64,000 nucleotides of DNA. Source: an uncultured virus (IMG/VR IMGVR_UViG_2645727712_000001). Taxonomy: Duplodnaviria; Heunggongvirae; Uroviricota; Caudoviricetes. Below the pieces are notes generated by a model. It was given only the letters and a program-made list of their open reading frames with translations. It did no database searches and was not told where the DNA came from. Both the position numbers and the translations under genes were made by a program. Below are positions 48,940-58,417 of this stretch, piece after piece (position 1 is the stretch's first letter; each line of letters begins with the position of its first letter). Location of the stretch: the IMG/VR virus record IMGVR_UViG_2645727712_000001. The stretch is one strand, 5' to 3'.

Positions 48940-49449
48940 TTAAATCTGGTGGCTGTAGAAGAGGGAGTACGACTCGATGCCGTCGTTCGGTTGCTTGATA
49001 CCAGCGTTCGAATAGTGGATCGCTCGTATACCAACCTTCTGCGTCTCGCCGATCTTCAAGCCTGCCCCAATGCGATCTTCGAAGTTGAAGGACGAACCAA
49101 AGTCCTGGTCGCCTGCTGACGTACCGGAGAACACTGCAACACCGATGCCCGCTTCGATGAAAGGCTTCACGTTACCGTTGCCAAATTCATAAACGAATAC
49201 AGGTGCAAAGGACAATGAGTGGGCCCCACCAGAAGCATCTCCTGCTTCCCAATAGGTGTAGCCAGCATCCCAGTAGCCGGTTAACCGGCCAGTGCTAGTG
49301 TCAAACCAGCTCTTGTCCCAGTCAAAGCCTACAGCTGCGCGAGCGGTCAAACCGCCCTGACTAGTCGCACCGATTGCGCCAGACAGGTCAGCAGCCTGAG
49401 CGCCGGAGGCCAATAGGGAGAACACCGCAGCAGCGATGATTTTTTTCAT
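48940..49449 (-). CDS. pagL: lipid A 3-O-deacylase PagL
   Basis: signal peptide, beta-barrel pattern, FEDRIGAG, catalytic HYSNAG. Confidence 0.9.
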   Translation of the reverse strand: MKKIIAAAVFSLLASGAQAADLSGAIGATSQGGLTARAAVGFDWDKSWFDTSTGRLTGYWDAGYTYWEAGDASGGAHSLSFAPVFVYEFGNGNVKPFIEAGIGVAVFSGTSAGDQDFGSSFNFEDRIGAGLKIGETQKVGIRAIHYSNAGIKQPNDGIESYSLFYSHQI

Positions 49450-49637
49450 GGTCACTGAATCCTGATGGTTTTTCTTAGCAAGCTATCAGAATCAGAGTGC
49501 CATCAATTCGTTCCGCTGTGCTACAAAAAAACCAATAAAAAAACCCCAGCGGGATAGCTAGGGTTTGTGAGTGTCACGTTGCTTGCAAGCTGGACACGCT
49601 GCTATGAAAACAGGTGTTTATCCGCGCGGAAAGCTTT

Positions 49638-50027
49638 TTATGCGGCTTCGCGCAATTGCTCAAGTGCGCAGTCTATCCAGGCCACGCCGGTATTGATCAG
49701 CTCACGCGCCTTTGCCTCACTCATCTGGTGATGGCGACCAACCCGCAGCGCTGGCCACTTTGCCCCGAAGTACAGCCAAACGAATCCCCCCATTTGCGGA
49801 TTGCGCTTGCAAAGTCTGGAGACGGCGCCGTCCACGGCCAAGGCTAGATCGTCGGTGATGACGTACTGCTTCACCCCACCCTCTGCTGGAGCATTGTCCC
49901 GCATAAGTGCATACAGAGGGCAAACGTACTGGGGCACCCCCATTCCATCCATACGCCACCAGCCCCACTGCTCCAGCATGTAAGCCGTATCGCCCAGGGC
50001 CTTATCAACATAGGTTCGTTTTTTCAT
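49638..50027 (-). CDS. late antiterminator Q
   Basis: LEQWGWW...GVP, ITDD, GVAWIDC; position. Confidence 0.8.
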   Translation of the reverse strand: MKKRTYVDKALGDTAYMLEQWGWWRMDGMGVPQYVCPLYALMRDNAPAEGGVKQYVITDDLALAVDGAVSRLCKRNPQMGGFVWLYFGAKWPALRVGRHHQMSEAKARELINTGVAWIDCALEQLREAA

Positions 50028-50034
50028 ATGGTCA

Positions 50035-50349
50035 TCAATCCCCGGTGAAGTTGGTGCCGCCGGCGCCGCGACGGTTGTTCGTTTCGTATTGATCAGATGG
50101 ACCCGTAGTGCGCGGTGGCTGCTGGCGATCAGCCTGCTGCTCCAGCTCGCGCACTCGCAGGCCCAGCTGCGTGACAAGCTCTTCCAGCGGCAGCGGCTCG
50201 CCAGTGACCGCCGATAGCCAGCCCGATGCGTTGCAGCGACCGCATGGCAACTCATAGAAGACGCCCTTAATCACTGCCCTTCCGTTGCAGTCTGAGCACC
50301 GGGCCAGGATGACCCGCTCCTTGCGCAGCGCCGGGCCGTGCTTCTTCAT
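50035..50349 (-). CDS. Zn-finger phage protein
   Basis: CSDCNG...CGRCNASG. Confidence 0.65.
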   Translation of the reverse strand: MKKHGPALRKERVILARCSDCNGRAVIKGVFYELPCGRCNASGWLSAVTGEPLPLEELVTQLGLRVRELEQQADRQQPPRTTGPSDQYETNNRRGAGGTNFTGD

Positions 50350-50636
50350 CAATCGATCACCTTCAAGCCCTGGGCACGCAGCGACTTCTCTGCCACGTCT
50401 CGCGCCCAAGCCGCATCCGGGTCGCCCATCTGGACGGGGAAAGGATTGGTTACGCGCAGCGCTTCACGGGATGCCCACCAGCCCTCGCGCCGGGCCTGGA
50501 AGACCGCTTCCTCGGCAGCCATCCAGCAGCCCTTGCAGGTCACGACGTAATCGCCAACTGCCGGGTCCCATTTGATGCCATCCGGTACCGGGAAGCGGCG
50601 TTCGAACTCGGCGCGGATTGTGTCGTCGTTCGTCAT
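50349..50636 (-). CDS. phage hypothetical protein
   Basis: RAEFE...W...GWWASR; overlapping starts and stops. Confidence 0.6.
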   Translation of the reverse strand: MTNDDTIRAEFERRFPVPDGIKWDPAVGDYVVTCKGCWMAAEEAVFQARREGWWASREALRVTNPFPVQMGDPDAAWARDVAEKSLRAQGLKVID

Positions 50637-51931
50637 TTTGAATCCTCGCTAGTAACAAATTCGGAATGCGGGCTAGAGGCCTTGTCCTCTGTGGCCTGCG
50701 CCTGGATCTGTGGGATTTCGGATAAGGCCTCTGTAAGGCCGTGAATGCACCCAAAGCCAATCCCGTCTAACCAGGCGTGCCACTTCTCAAGGGCTGCCCT
50801 GCGTTGCGCCATGGCCTGGGTGTGGATGTAGGTGCTGGCGATCTTGCCCAGTGAATGGTTGAGCAGCATCTCGCCGATGTGTCCATCAATGCCGAGGTCG
50901 GTCCAGGTGCTGCGCGATACCTTGCGCAAGTCGTGGCTGGTCCACTCGCCCCGGCCAAGCTCGGTGAACACCGCACTGGCCTGGCCTTCGCTCAAGCACA
51001 CGCCGCGCCGGTTCGGGAACAGGTAAACGCCTTCGTACCCATTGGCCTGCTGGATATCCCGGTAGCGCGTCAGCAGAGCGCATAGCTGGGCGGTCAGCGG
51101 GAGACGGTGTTCGGTCCGGGTCTTGGCGTTCGCCGCAGGGATGAACCATTCACCGGCCGTTACCGAAACCTCGCTCCACCGTGCCATACGGGTCTCGCCG
51201 ATCCGGGTGCCATGCGCCAGCATCATCAGGGCCAGCATCACTTTCTCGGGCGCGTCATCAAAGGCATGTACCAGCTGCTGCATGACCTCAGGCAACTGCA
51301 CGGCTCGCAGTCGGGAGGCCTTGGGCATGATCTTGGCTTTGGTGAAGTCGCTGAAGCGCATGCCGGCCATGGGATCGGCCACGACCAGCCCCAGGCGCTT
51401 TGCCTGCTTGAAGGCGGTTAGCAGCAACGCGAACATCTGGCGCAGGTACGACAGCGACACCTCGGCCTGAGACGGCCACATCAGCAGCTTGTCTAGGCTG
51501 TCGGCGGTCACATCAGCTATGGCCAAGCCGTCCAAGCGCGGCTTCAGGTGCTGCGCAATCGCCGATCGTGCACCCTGCTTGCGCTTAGCGGACAGCGCCC
51601 GGTCTCGGCCCATGCGGTCACCATACCAATCGAGCAGCTGCCCCACTGTAGCCATGCCCGACGCGACTGGTGCGGTGGCCGGGTCGCGAAGCATACGCTG
51701 GCGCAGTGTGGGCAGCTCAGCGATTACGGCCACAGCGCCCAAATCAGGCCAGCGTGCTACCGGCACCCACTGCTTGCCGCGGACCAGGTGCCAGGTGCCC
51801 CTAGATCGATCTGACCAGAAGCGCAGGTACAGGCCCGGGTAACGCGGATCGCGCAGATCGCGCACGGCCAGGTCGGCGGCCTGTCGGCGCACCTCAGTCT
51901 CCGTGAATTTGATGGACCGCGTTGCGCTCAT
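50633..51931 (-). CDS. tyrosine recombinase in the nin region
   Basis: GTRIGE, HDLR, LLNH, TYIH catalytic set. Confidence 0.88.
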   Translation of the reverse strand: MSATRSIKFTETEVRRQAADLAVRDLRDPRYPGLYLRFWSDRSRGTWHLVRGKQWVPVARWPDLGAVAVIAELPTLRQRMLRDPATAPVASGMATVGQLLDWYGDRMGRDRALSAKRKQGARSAIAQHLKPRLDGLAIADVTADSLDKLLMWPSQAEVSLSYLRQMFALLLTAFKQAKRLGLVVADPMAGMRFSDFTKAKIMPKASRLRAVQLPEVMQQLVHAFDDAPEKVMLALMMLAHGTRIGETRMARWSEVSVTAGEWFIPAANAKTRTEHRLPLTAQLCALLTRYRDIQQANGYEGVYLFPNRRGVCLSEGQASAVFTELGRGEWTSHDLRKVSRSTWTDLGIDGHIGEMLLNHSLGKIASTYIHTQAMAQRRAALEKWHAWLDGIGFGCIHGLTEALSEIPQIQAQATEDKASSPHSEFVTSEDSK

Positions 51932-52356
51932 GCTGCCACCGTCGCAGGCTGCAGGAGGTAGGCACGTATCGCTTCTACGGCATCAATGCGGCCCCGGCAC
52001 ACAATCGCCAAGTAGCCCTGCTCGGTCAGAGCCTCAATATAAGCGTGCTGCCTGGGAGAGATGTCAGCATCGAACGGTGGCAAAGCTTTGAATTCGATAT
52101 ACAAGCCGAACCAGCCACCGCGGGCCATCGGGAGGACAAGATCGGGCACGCCCGCTTTGACGCCTTGGGCCTTGAGCTTGCCAGCAACCGCCTTCACTCG
52201 GTGCCCCCCATTCGGAACGTGATAGATCAGTTTGAACACCTGCGGGTAACGCAGCTCCAGCTCTTGCATCAGCGCTGCCTGTTCCTGTCCTTCCCTGTCG
52301 ACCGGCTTGGCGCGAGGCTTGCGCGGCTTGAACGTACGCATCGCCAACGCAGTCAT
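51928..52356 (-). CDS. VRR-NUC nuclease
   Basis: HVPNGG, GVKAGVPDL, YIEFK. Confidence 0.85.
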   Translation of the reverse strand: MTALAMRTFKPRKPRAKPVDREGQEQAALMQELELRYPQVFKLIYHVPNGGHRVKAVAGKLKAQGVKAGVPDLVLPMARGGWFGLYIEFKALPPFDADISPRQHAYIEALTEQGYLAIVCRGRIDAVEAIRAYLLQPATVAA

Positions 52357-52649
52357 GCGACCAATACCCCCTCGCTGATGAGCTGCGCCTGGGTCCGCAT
52401 CACGCCCTCGGCGTGGTATTGGCGAGCGGTAGTGCGGTCGATCATCGTGCTTCGGCCGTCACATGCGTCGTGGCAAGCGCTGCAGCACCATGCGCCCTGC
52501 ATGTCGTGCGGCTTTTTACCGACGCCACAGGTACCCGCCAGGCGGTAGTGCGCCAAGACAGTAGTTTCGGGGTTACCGTTGCACACGCCTGGGATACGCA
52601 CTTGGCACTCGCGGTCACGCGCGGCCTTGGTCAGCTTGGTCTGCCTCAT
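52353..52649 (-). CDS. DUF1364-like Zn/HNH-related protein
   Basis: ARDRECQVRIPGVC...VLAH...CSACHD. Confidence 0.8.
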   Translation of the reverse strand: MRQTKLTKAARDRECQVRIPGVCNGNPETTVLAHYRLAGTCGVGKKPHDMQGAWCCSACHDACDGRSTMIDRTTARQYHAEGVMRTQAQLISEGVLVA

Positions 52650-52780
52650 CATTCAACCTCGCAATGCAGCCATATCAGTCTTGCCTGGCGAAGCGCGCCA
52701 GGCTGGTCTAAAGGGCCGTCCATCAGCACCATGGAAAATGGCCGATAGCCTGGTACGTGCACGGTCCAGATTCGTTTCAC
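52649..52780 (-). CDS. small phage protein (43 aa)
   Basis: GTG start overlapping the upstream stop; manual translation. Confidence 0.45.
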   Translation of the reverse strand: MKRIWTVHVPGYRPFSMVLMDGPLDQPGALRQARLIWLHCEVE

Positions 52781-53556
52781 TGCTGCATGCCCGACCCAGC
52801 CAACGCCGCGCGAGCCTGGCGCTTGCGAAGATAGGTGCTAACACGGCGCCGCTGCGCCTCTTTTGCACGGACGCTGTCTTTCTTGGCCTTGGAAGCCGTC
52901 AATATCGAGCGGACTTCTGCAAGCTTCTCCCGCATCGCGGCGCTGGGCTGCGCGCGCACCTCTCCGGTCAGCAGGCCTGCGATAGCCTGCCCATCAGCAG
53001 TAACCGGAGCTATGCGAAGGTCGGCGAGGTACTTGTCCCCCATGTCACGGCTGATCAATTGAGCCCGCACGGCCGTTTCAACGGCAGTCACGCGTCGCCC
53101 GGAATCGAAGCCCAGAGAAACCTCCCAGGTGGCAGGCTTGTCTTCAGCGCGAGCGAAGCTGACCATGCGCTCATAGGCACTCATGAACGCCATTCGGGCG
53201 CCTATTTTGTCGCCTGCCTCAAGGATCGGCTGGGACGCCACCATGGCCTGGCGAATCTCGGTAGTGAGCACTACCGTCTCGTATTCGTCACTGGCTGCCA
53301 GAGCGATTGACCATGCTTCATCCTTACCGGGCCGGCCATCGGCAGCGTGGATGTGCTTCAGGACCATACCCAGCGACAGGCGCCCGGCTGGTTCACGACG
53401 GCAAGCGCGCAGAGCGGCAACGATCGCCTCAGGTTCGTGCGCTGACAGGTCTTCAGCGATCAGCTTGGCCCCTGCCGCACTGATGGTCTGGCCCATGGCT
53501 TCAGCCGTTGCGCAAATAGCCATGGCCAGCTCGGCGATATCGTCACAGGAAAGCAT
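52777..53556 (-). CDS. replication accessory protein (P position)
   Basis: follows the initiator; DGRPGKDEAW motif. Confidence 0.65.
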   Translation of the reverse strand: MLSCDDIAELAMAICATAEAMGQTISAAGAKLIAEDLSAHEPEAIVAALRACRREPAGRLSLGMVLKHIHAADGRPGKDEAWSIALAASDEYETVVLTTEIRQAMVASQPILEAGDKIGARMAFMSAYERMVSFARAEDKPATWEVSLGFDSGRRVTAVETAVRAQLISRDMGDKYLADLRIAPVTADGQAIAGLLTGEVRAQPSAAMREKLAEVRSILTASKAKKDSVRAKEAQRRRVSTYLRKRQARAALAGSGMQQ

Positions 53557-54514
53557 TTCGTTTGCTCCCTTGGCTGTTCCGGATGGCATCGGCGGCGTCG
53601 TGGGCGGCGTTGATGTTTGCCTGGGTCTGCTCCTGCTGGCGGGCAGTGGTCGCGTTCATCTGCCGGTTCGTGACCCACTGGGTGTGGTAGGCCTCACACT
53701 TGGTGAGCAGGTCGCCGAGGTTGTGGCAGCCATTGATCAGCCTCGAGTCGTTTATCGATACGAAGTAAGCGGCGACATGGTGAGCGACGTCGATGCCCAG
53801 GCGGTCGATCAGCTGGCCCAGCTGGCCACCAACCTTGGCGTTCCACACTGGCCAGGCGCTGTAGCGCTTGCGGTAGGCCATCGCGTAGTTAGCCCAGGCC
53901 TTGAAAGTCTTGCAGGTCTGGTCTTTAGGCCCGGGCATGTCCTCTGGGATTTCACACCGGGGTGCACCAGCCGGAACCAGCGTCAGCCCCGTGGGTTGCG
54001 ACGGCGCAGCCGGGGCATCCTGCAAACTGTGACTGGTATCCTGATTGGTATCTTGATTACTGGTATCTTGATTTGTCGGAGATTTTTCCGACCCTGGCTC
54101 GGATTTATTTCCGACCTTGCTCGGATTTTTTTCCGAGGTAGATCGGATTTTTTTCCGACCCTTTGTACCCGTCTTCAAGGTCGGATATTTTTCCGACCCA
54201 TCCTCTTTTTTGTTCCACTGCGCCGCCTTATCGGTCAGCCGGAAAAGCGTGACATTCGAAGTGCTCGAAAGCTCGATCAGACCAACGTCCTGCAGTGCCT
54301 TCAGCATGCGATATGCCGTATCGGGTTTATCGGTCAGCAGCGGCAGTTCTTCGATGATCTTGGCCTTGCTCAGCACGAAGAAAACGCCCTGCTCCGTGGT
54401 CATCGCCTTGGCCCAACTCGGGCAGCCGTAAACGAACGCGAACAGCAACGCCTGCTGGGAGTTCAGCCCCCATTCCAAAGCCTTGACCTGGTTGATGGTT
54501 ACAGTGAATTGCAT
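53543..54514 (-). CDS. replication initiator (O-like)
   Basis: N-terminal winged-helix-like region; contains the iterons. Confidence 0.8.
   Translation of the reverse strand: MQFTVTINQVKALEWGLNSQQALLFAFVYGCPSWAKAMTTEQGVFFVLSKAKIIEELPLLTDKPDTAYRMLKALQDVGLIELSSTSNVTLFRLTDKAAQWNKKEDGSEKYPTLKTGTKGRKKIRSTSEKNPSKVGNKSEPGSEKSPTNQDTSNQDTNQDTSHSLQDAPAAPSQPTGLTLVPAGAPRCEIPEDMPGPKDQTCKTFKAWANYAMAYRKRYSAWPVWNAKVGGQLGQLIDRLGIDVAHHVAAYFVSINDSRLINGCHNLGDLLTKCEAYHTQWVTNRQMNATTARQQEQTQANINAAHDAADAIRNSQGSKRNAFL
54033..54196. repeat. phage replication origin: five TCGGA-N6-TCCGA iterons plus three TGGTATCYTGAT repeats
   Basis: iterons start at 54076, 54099, 54121, 54143, 54181. Confidence 0.85.
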
Positions 54515-54515
54515 G

Positions 54516-55277
54516 TCAGCTCCGCCCCACGCTTGGGCCAGCCACGGGCACTGCGAGAAGCTCTGCCAGGCGTGCCAACCCCTTTGGCGTTACCAGAACA
54601 TCAAACGCTGCGCGGTCACTGCCTGTTTCGGGATCAGGCTTCAAGCCGGTTACTTTGTGCTTGAGCAGGCCCGCACTGATCCGGGGCTGATAGGCAATCC
54701 ATCGCTTGGAGCTGCGGCGACGATAGATCCAACGGTTTTCTTCCAGCCAGCCAAACAGCTTGAATGGCGCCACCTGAAGCTGCTTCGCCGCATCGGTAAC
54801 ACATATGGCACCGCCTGCACCCGCCAAACGCACGATAGCCGCGACCTTCGGTGCCTGCTTGGCGAGCGCATCCTGGAGGCGCTGGTTCTCCTCGGCCTTG
54901 TCGGCAGCCAGGCGCAACGCCTCTGCGAAATTTGTGGGGACCCGCATGTGCGCCAGCACTCGGGCCTCCAGTTCCTGCCATCGATCAATGATCCTGGCGC
55001 GGAGTGACGCGTCGTAGCCCGAAACCAGCACCAGGGCATCCCGCTGATCGAGAAGGAATTCAGGGTAAGCCTGGCCGTTTTGAGAATGCACGTAGGGGGT
55101 CTCCTCAGATTTGAGGACCCCCCTTTTTGCCAAGGATCGAGCGTCACGCAAAACGTTGTCGTGACTCTTGCCGGTCAACTCAGCCACTTCACGAGTCGAC
55201 ATCAATCGGCGCAGTTGCTCAGTGCATGGAATTGCCGAGGGAGCGTGGGTGTTGCTTGCATCGATCGCTCTATGCAT
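54516..55277 (-). CDS. antirepressor (Rha-like + KilA-C/ANT)
   Basis: MSTREVAELTGKSHDNVLRD, PTNFAEALRLAAD, VTPKGL. Confidence 0.85.
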   Translation of the reverse strand: MHRAIDASNTHAPSAIPCTEQLRRLMSTREVAELTGKSHDNVLRDARSLAKRGVLKSEETPYVHSQNGQAYPEFLLDQRDALVLVSGYDASLRARIIDRWQELEARVLAHMRVPTNFAEALRLAADKAEENQRLQDALAKQAPKVAAIVRLAGAGGAICVTDAAKQLQVAPFKLFGWLEENRWIYRRRSSKRWIAYQPRISAGLLKHKVTGLKPDPETGSDRAAFDVLVTPKGLARLAELLAVPVAGPSVGRS

Positions 55278-55346
55278 AATCGACCTCTATGTTGTGTTGA
55301 AGAAACCGGGCTGCCACCCGGTTTTTTTGTGCCTGCGATCCGGGTA

Positions 55347-55362
55347 CTGGATGGATCAGCAG
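55347..55362. promoter_or_regulatory. possible LexA box upstream of the antirepressor
   Basis: CTGGATGGATCAGCAG (CTG-N10-CAG, preceded by TA). Confidence 0.5.
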
Positions 55363-55412
55363 GTGTTTCGGTCATCTATAAGCGCGGCGCCAGATCAGTG
55401 ATCATTCAATGG

Positions 55413-55637
55413 TCAGGCGGCTTCTGGGTCGCGAGCAGTTGGCGGGAAGACATCGTCAAGACTGCACTCAGCGCCTAGACCGTTAAGCGCACTGACGATT
55501 TTCCGGGCCGCATCAAGGGCGACACACCGGCGGCCGGCCTCGTAATTGGCCAGGCGTGATTGGTTCCAACCAAGCTCCCGGCAAAGCCGGACTTGGCTAA
55601 TGCCCGCTGCTACCCGGATTCTGCGAACTTCGTTCAT
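55413..55637 (-). CDS. cro: Cro-like repressor
   Basis: XRE helix-turn-helix, divergent from cI. Confidence 0.8.
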   Translation of the reverse strand: MNEVRRIRVAAGISQVRLCRELGWNQSRLANYEAGRRCVALDAARKIVSALNGLGAECSLDDVFPPTARDPEAA

Positions 55638-55670
55638 TCGGGGTTCCTCAATGGCTAGCACTCAGGATAA

Positions 55671-55730
55671 ACACGCATCGTGTTAATATCAATCACAATA
55701 AGTGAAAGCCAGGTATTTCATTTCGTGATG
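55671..55730. promoter_or_regulatory. right operator region
   Basis: ACACGCATCGTGT and TCACAATAAGTGA palindromes between cro and cI. Confidence 0.7.
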
Positions 55731-55741
55731 AAATCCCGCGC

Positions 55742-56548
55742 ATGAATGAATCATTGAGCCAACGCATTAAGCGACTGAGAAAAGCGGCGGGAATGTCCCA
55801 GGCCCAGCTGGCGGATGCTTGCGGCTGGAAATCGCAGTCGCGCGTCGGAAACTATGAAGCCGGAACGCGTGAGCCCACGCTGGCGGATATCGCCGCTATG
55901 GCAGCTGCTCTTGGAGTCGATCAGTCCGAGCTACTCTTGAGCTCTACGGCAACGGTCGAGATTTCGGCGCCAGCCCGGACTACTGCTGATCTTGTGAGGC
56001 AGATGCTCGCAAAAAGTGGCAAAGGTATCCCGGAAGAGGCCCGTCAACGCCTTCTTGCTGCGGCTGAGGAGCCGAGCGCCAGCAATTTGATCGCCGCTGA
56101 CTTCGTTCGCCCAGGCTTGGTCGGCGACGAGGTGTGGATCGCCCACTACGACGTGCGCGGAGCAATGGGCGATGGTGAGGTGGCGCACGATTACCCTGAG
56201 ATGCTCCAGGACATCCGCGTCAGTCCTACTCACCTGCGAGAGATGGGGGTCGAGTTCAAAGAGCACTTCCATCTGAAGCTCATAACAGGCGTCGGCCAGT
56301 CCATGGCGCCTACCATCAAGAGCCGCGACCCGCTGGTCGTTGACATCAGCATTCGTGAGTTCGTGGGCGACGGAATCTACTACTTCTCTCACCAAGGGCA
56401 TCAGTACATCAAGCGCCTGCAGAAGAAGGGTCGCGATCATTTCAGAATGATCTCGGACAACACGAACCATCCTCCTGAAGATATTCGGGTTGATGAGACC
56501 TACATCCAAGCCCGGGTGCTGTTGGTCTGGAATGCCCATCTGGTGTAG
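55742..56548 (+). CDS. cI: CI-like repressor (HTH + S24)
   Basis: N-terminal HTH, GQSM Ser, IKRL Lys. Confidence 0.92.
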   Translation: MNESLSQRIKRLRKAAGMSQAQLADACGWKSQSRVGNYEAGTREPTLADIAAMAAALGVDQSELLLSSTATVEISAPARTTADLVRQMLAKSGKGIPEEARQRLLAAAEEPSASNLIAADFVRPGLVGDEVWIAHYDVRGAMGDGEVAHDYPEMLQDIRVSPTHLREMGVEFKEHFHLKLITGVGQSMAPTIKSRDPLVVDISIREFVGDGIYYFSHQGHQYIKRLQKKGRDHFRMISDNTNHPPEDIRVDETYIQARVLLVWNAHLV

Positions 56549-56725
56549 CCAATTCCCGCCTCGGCGGGCTTTTTCATAGTTTCACACTTTTTTAGCGCCA
56601 TACCCTGCATATTGAAGGCTCATGCAGCTTCCTCTTAGCCCTCATAGCAGTGCGGGCTTTCATTGCCTGCGCGATGGCGGATGGCCACTGTGATAGAATT
56701 GGGACTTTCTTTCGGAGGGACCCAA

Positions 56726-57343
56726 GTGAAAATCGCCATTCAAACTCTAGCGCTTTCCCTGGCGCTCGCAACTGCAAGCCCTACGTTCGCAGATGTATCA
56801 GAAAAAGAAGTGATGAGATGCGCAGCCTTAGATAACTCTGTCGAGCGCCTGTCGTGCTTCGACACGCTGGCGGAAAGCAATGGGCTAACCACCAAAACCG
56901 TGCCCACCCCATCCGCAAACAAAGGCAAGTGGTCTACCTCAACCACCACCGACCCGATGACAGACAAATCGATATATATCGCTCGGCTCGATGCGAGCAG
57001 CGGCACAGGACGCCTCGGCGAAGGGATTGATCTCATCGTTCGATGCGCACAGAACAAAACCGAGCTTTACATCAATTGGAAATCCTTCTTGGGAACTGAC
57101 TCGGCAAGGGTAACGCACCGGATTGGCAAATCTAAAGCTGAGACCCATACCTGGGATGTATCCACTGACCACACTTCGTCCTTCTATCCCGGGTCTCCGG
57201 TTGCGGCGCTCAAGGAAATGATCAAAACCACTTCGTTCGTAGCCAACGTAACGCCCTACAGCGAGAGCCCTGTTACGGCCACATTCGACGTTTCAGGTGC
57301 TGAAGCCGCATTCGCCGACATCAGAAAAGGCTGCCGCTGGTAG
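56726..57343 (+). CDS. exported protein, VasI/TagO-like
   Basis: GGAGG RBS with GTG; signal peptide; CAALDNSVERLSCFD, LIVRC, terminal CRW; flanked by terminators. Confidence 0.6.
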   Translation: MKIAIQTLALSLALATASPTFADVSEKEVMRCAALDNSVERLSCFDTLAESNGLTTKTVPTPSANKGKWSTSTTTDPMTDKSIYIARLDASSGTGRLGEGIDLIVRCAQNKTELYINWKSFLGTDSARVTHRIGKSKAETHTWDVSTDHTSSFYPGSPVAALKEMIKTTSFVANVTPYSESPVTATFDVSGAEAAFADIRKGCRW

Positions 57344-57441
57344 TCAAATCAGAATACAGAACGGGTTCAAGATGTCAGTTCCTTCTTGATCTACCACCAT
57401 TAATCAAAGCCCGCACCCCGATGCGGGCTTTTCCATGTCTG

Positions 57442-57768
57442 TCAGAAAGGCGCCTCCTCCTCCAGCTTCTCCTCTTCCCAGTCCTTCGGCACGACCAGGT
57501 CGTCGCGATCCTCAGCGCTCTGCGCCTCCCACCGCACTGTAACGCTATCGTCGTCGTTGAACGTCAGATCCAATTCCGGCGTTTCGACCAGTAGCCCCAT
57601 CACTTCTTCCCACTCCATATCTCCATCAGTGTCCAGGCGATGGATCGTCACCCAGCGCTGCGACTGCGCAATCGGGTGATTGATCATCGATGAGACCCGA
57701 AGACCGAGTCGCTCTACCCCGGTCATTTCTTGGCGCGCTTGGGGTGCCGTCTGCTTCTGCTTGGACAT
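57442..57768 (-). CDS. DUF1654-like protein, SOS-controlled
   Basis: ERLGLRVSSMINHP.AQ...; LexA box upstream. Confidence 0.75.
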   Translation of the reverse strand: MSKQKQTAPQARQEMTGVERLGLRVSSMINHPIAQSQRWVTIHRLDTDGDMEWEEVMGLLVETPELDLTFNDDDSVTVRWEAQSAEDRDDLVVPKDWEEEKLEEEAPF

Positions 57769-57783
57769 AGGTCATCTCCTTTA

Positions 57784-57799
57784 CTGTATATCCATCCAG
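57784..57799. promoter_or_regulatory. LexA (SOS) box
   Basis: CTGTATATCCATCCAG. Confidence 0.85.
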
Positions 57800-57885
57800 T
57801 TTTTCGAGTTGAGCATACATCACGCCTTGTGAAACGTGAACCCGCCTTGTAGGGAAAAACTCCAGCACGCCTGAGATTAAACAAA

Positions 57886-57926
57886 TCACGAAACGTGTTG
57901 ACATTGAAAACACGTTGCGTGATATT
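57886..57926 (+). promoter_or_regulatory. pL promoter and left operators
   Basis: TTGACA-17 nt-GATATT overlapped by TCACGAAACGTGT and ACACGTTGCGTGA. Confidence 0.8.
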
Positions 57927-57977
57927 TGGATAACAAGCGGTCACTCATCAGGTACCGCTGAGGCCCTCACGCCTCAT

Positions 57978-57990
57978 CGCTCTTTACACA
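57978..57990 (+). promoter_or_regulatory. boxA-like antitermination site
   Basis: CGCTCTTTACACA just downstream of pL. Confidence 0.65.
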
Positions 57991-58417
57991 ACCAGACGTG
58001 ACCACCTCGACGCACCCAGGCCATCACCTGGGTCGGGACAAGCTAAGCCGTCGACCAAGCAGCCTCTGGATAGCTGCCGGACTCCCCCATGGGAGGACGC
58101 CAAACCATGCGAGCCACCTGATGCGTAGCCAGTAGCTGCAGCAGGCAGTGGTGGGGATACCCGGCGACGAGCATGGAGCGGATCAAAAACCATAGGAGGA
58201 ATCTGCCGATGAAGTAGCAAATCCAGCCGGAAAACGGACCGGCCACCCACGACGAGCTGCCCTACCCAGTAGGCCGCCGAGCTGCAGCTGGCAGTCGTGT
58301 AGCGAATACCTAACCCCATGACCACCCCGCTAAGGCCGATCAAAGCGAGGTGACCAGGGAAGCTCTAGGCCAGACAGAAGATCGGGTGAAGCCATCGGTG
58401 GTGGACCTCGAGCACGG

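Noticed and set aside
50633..51931. Prophage boundary at this integrase-like gene
   Set aside because: Phage genes continue in operon on both sides and no att-like sequence is seen
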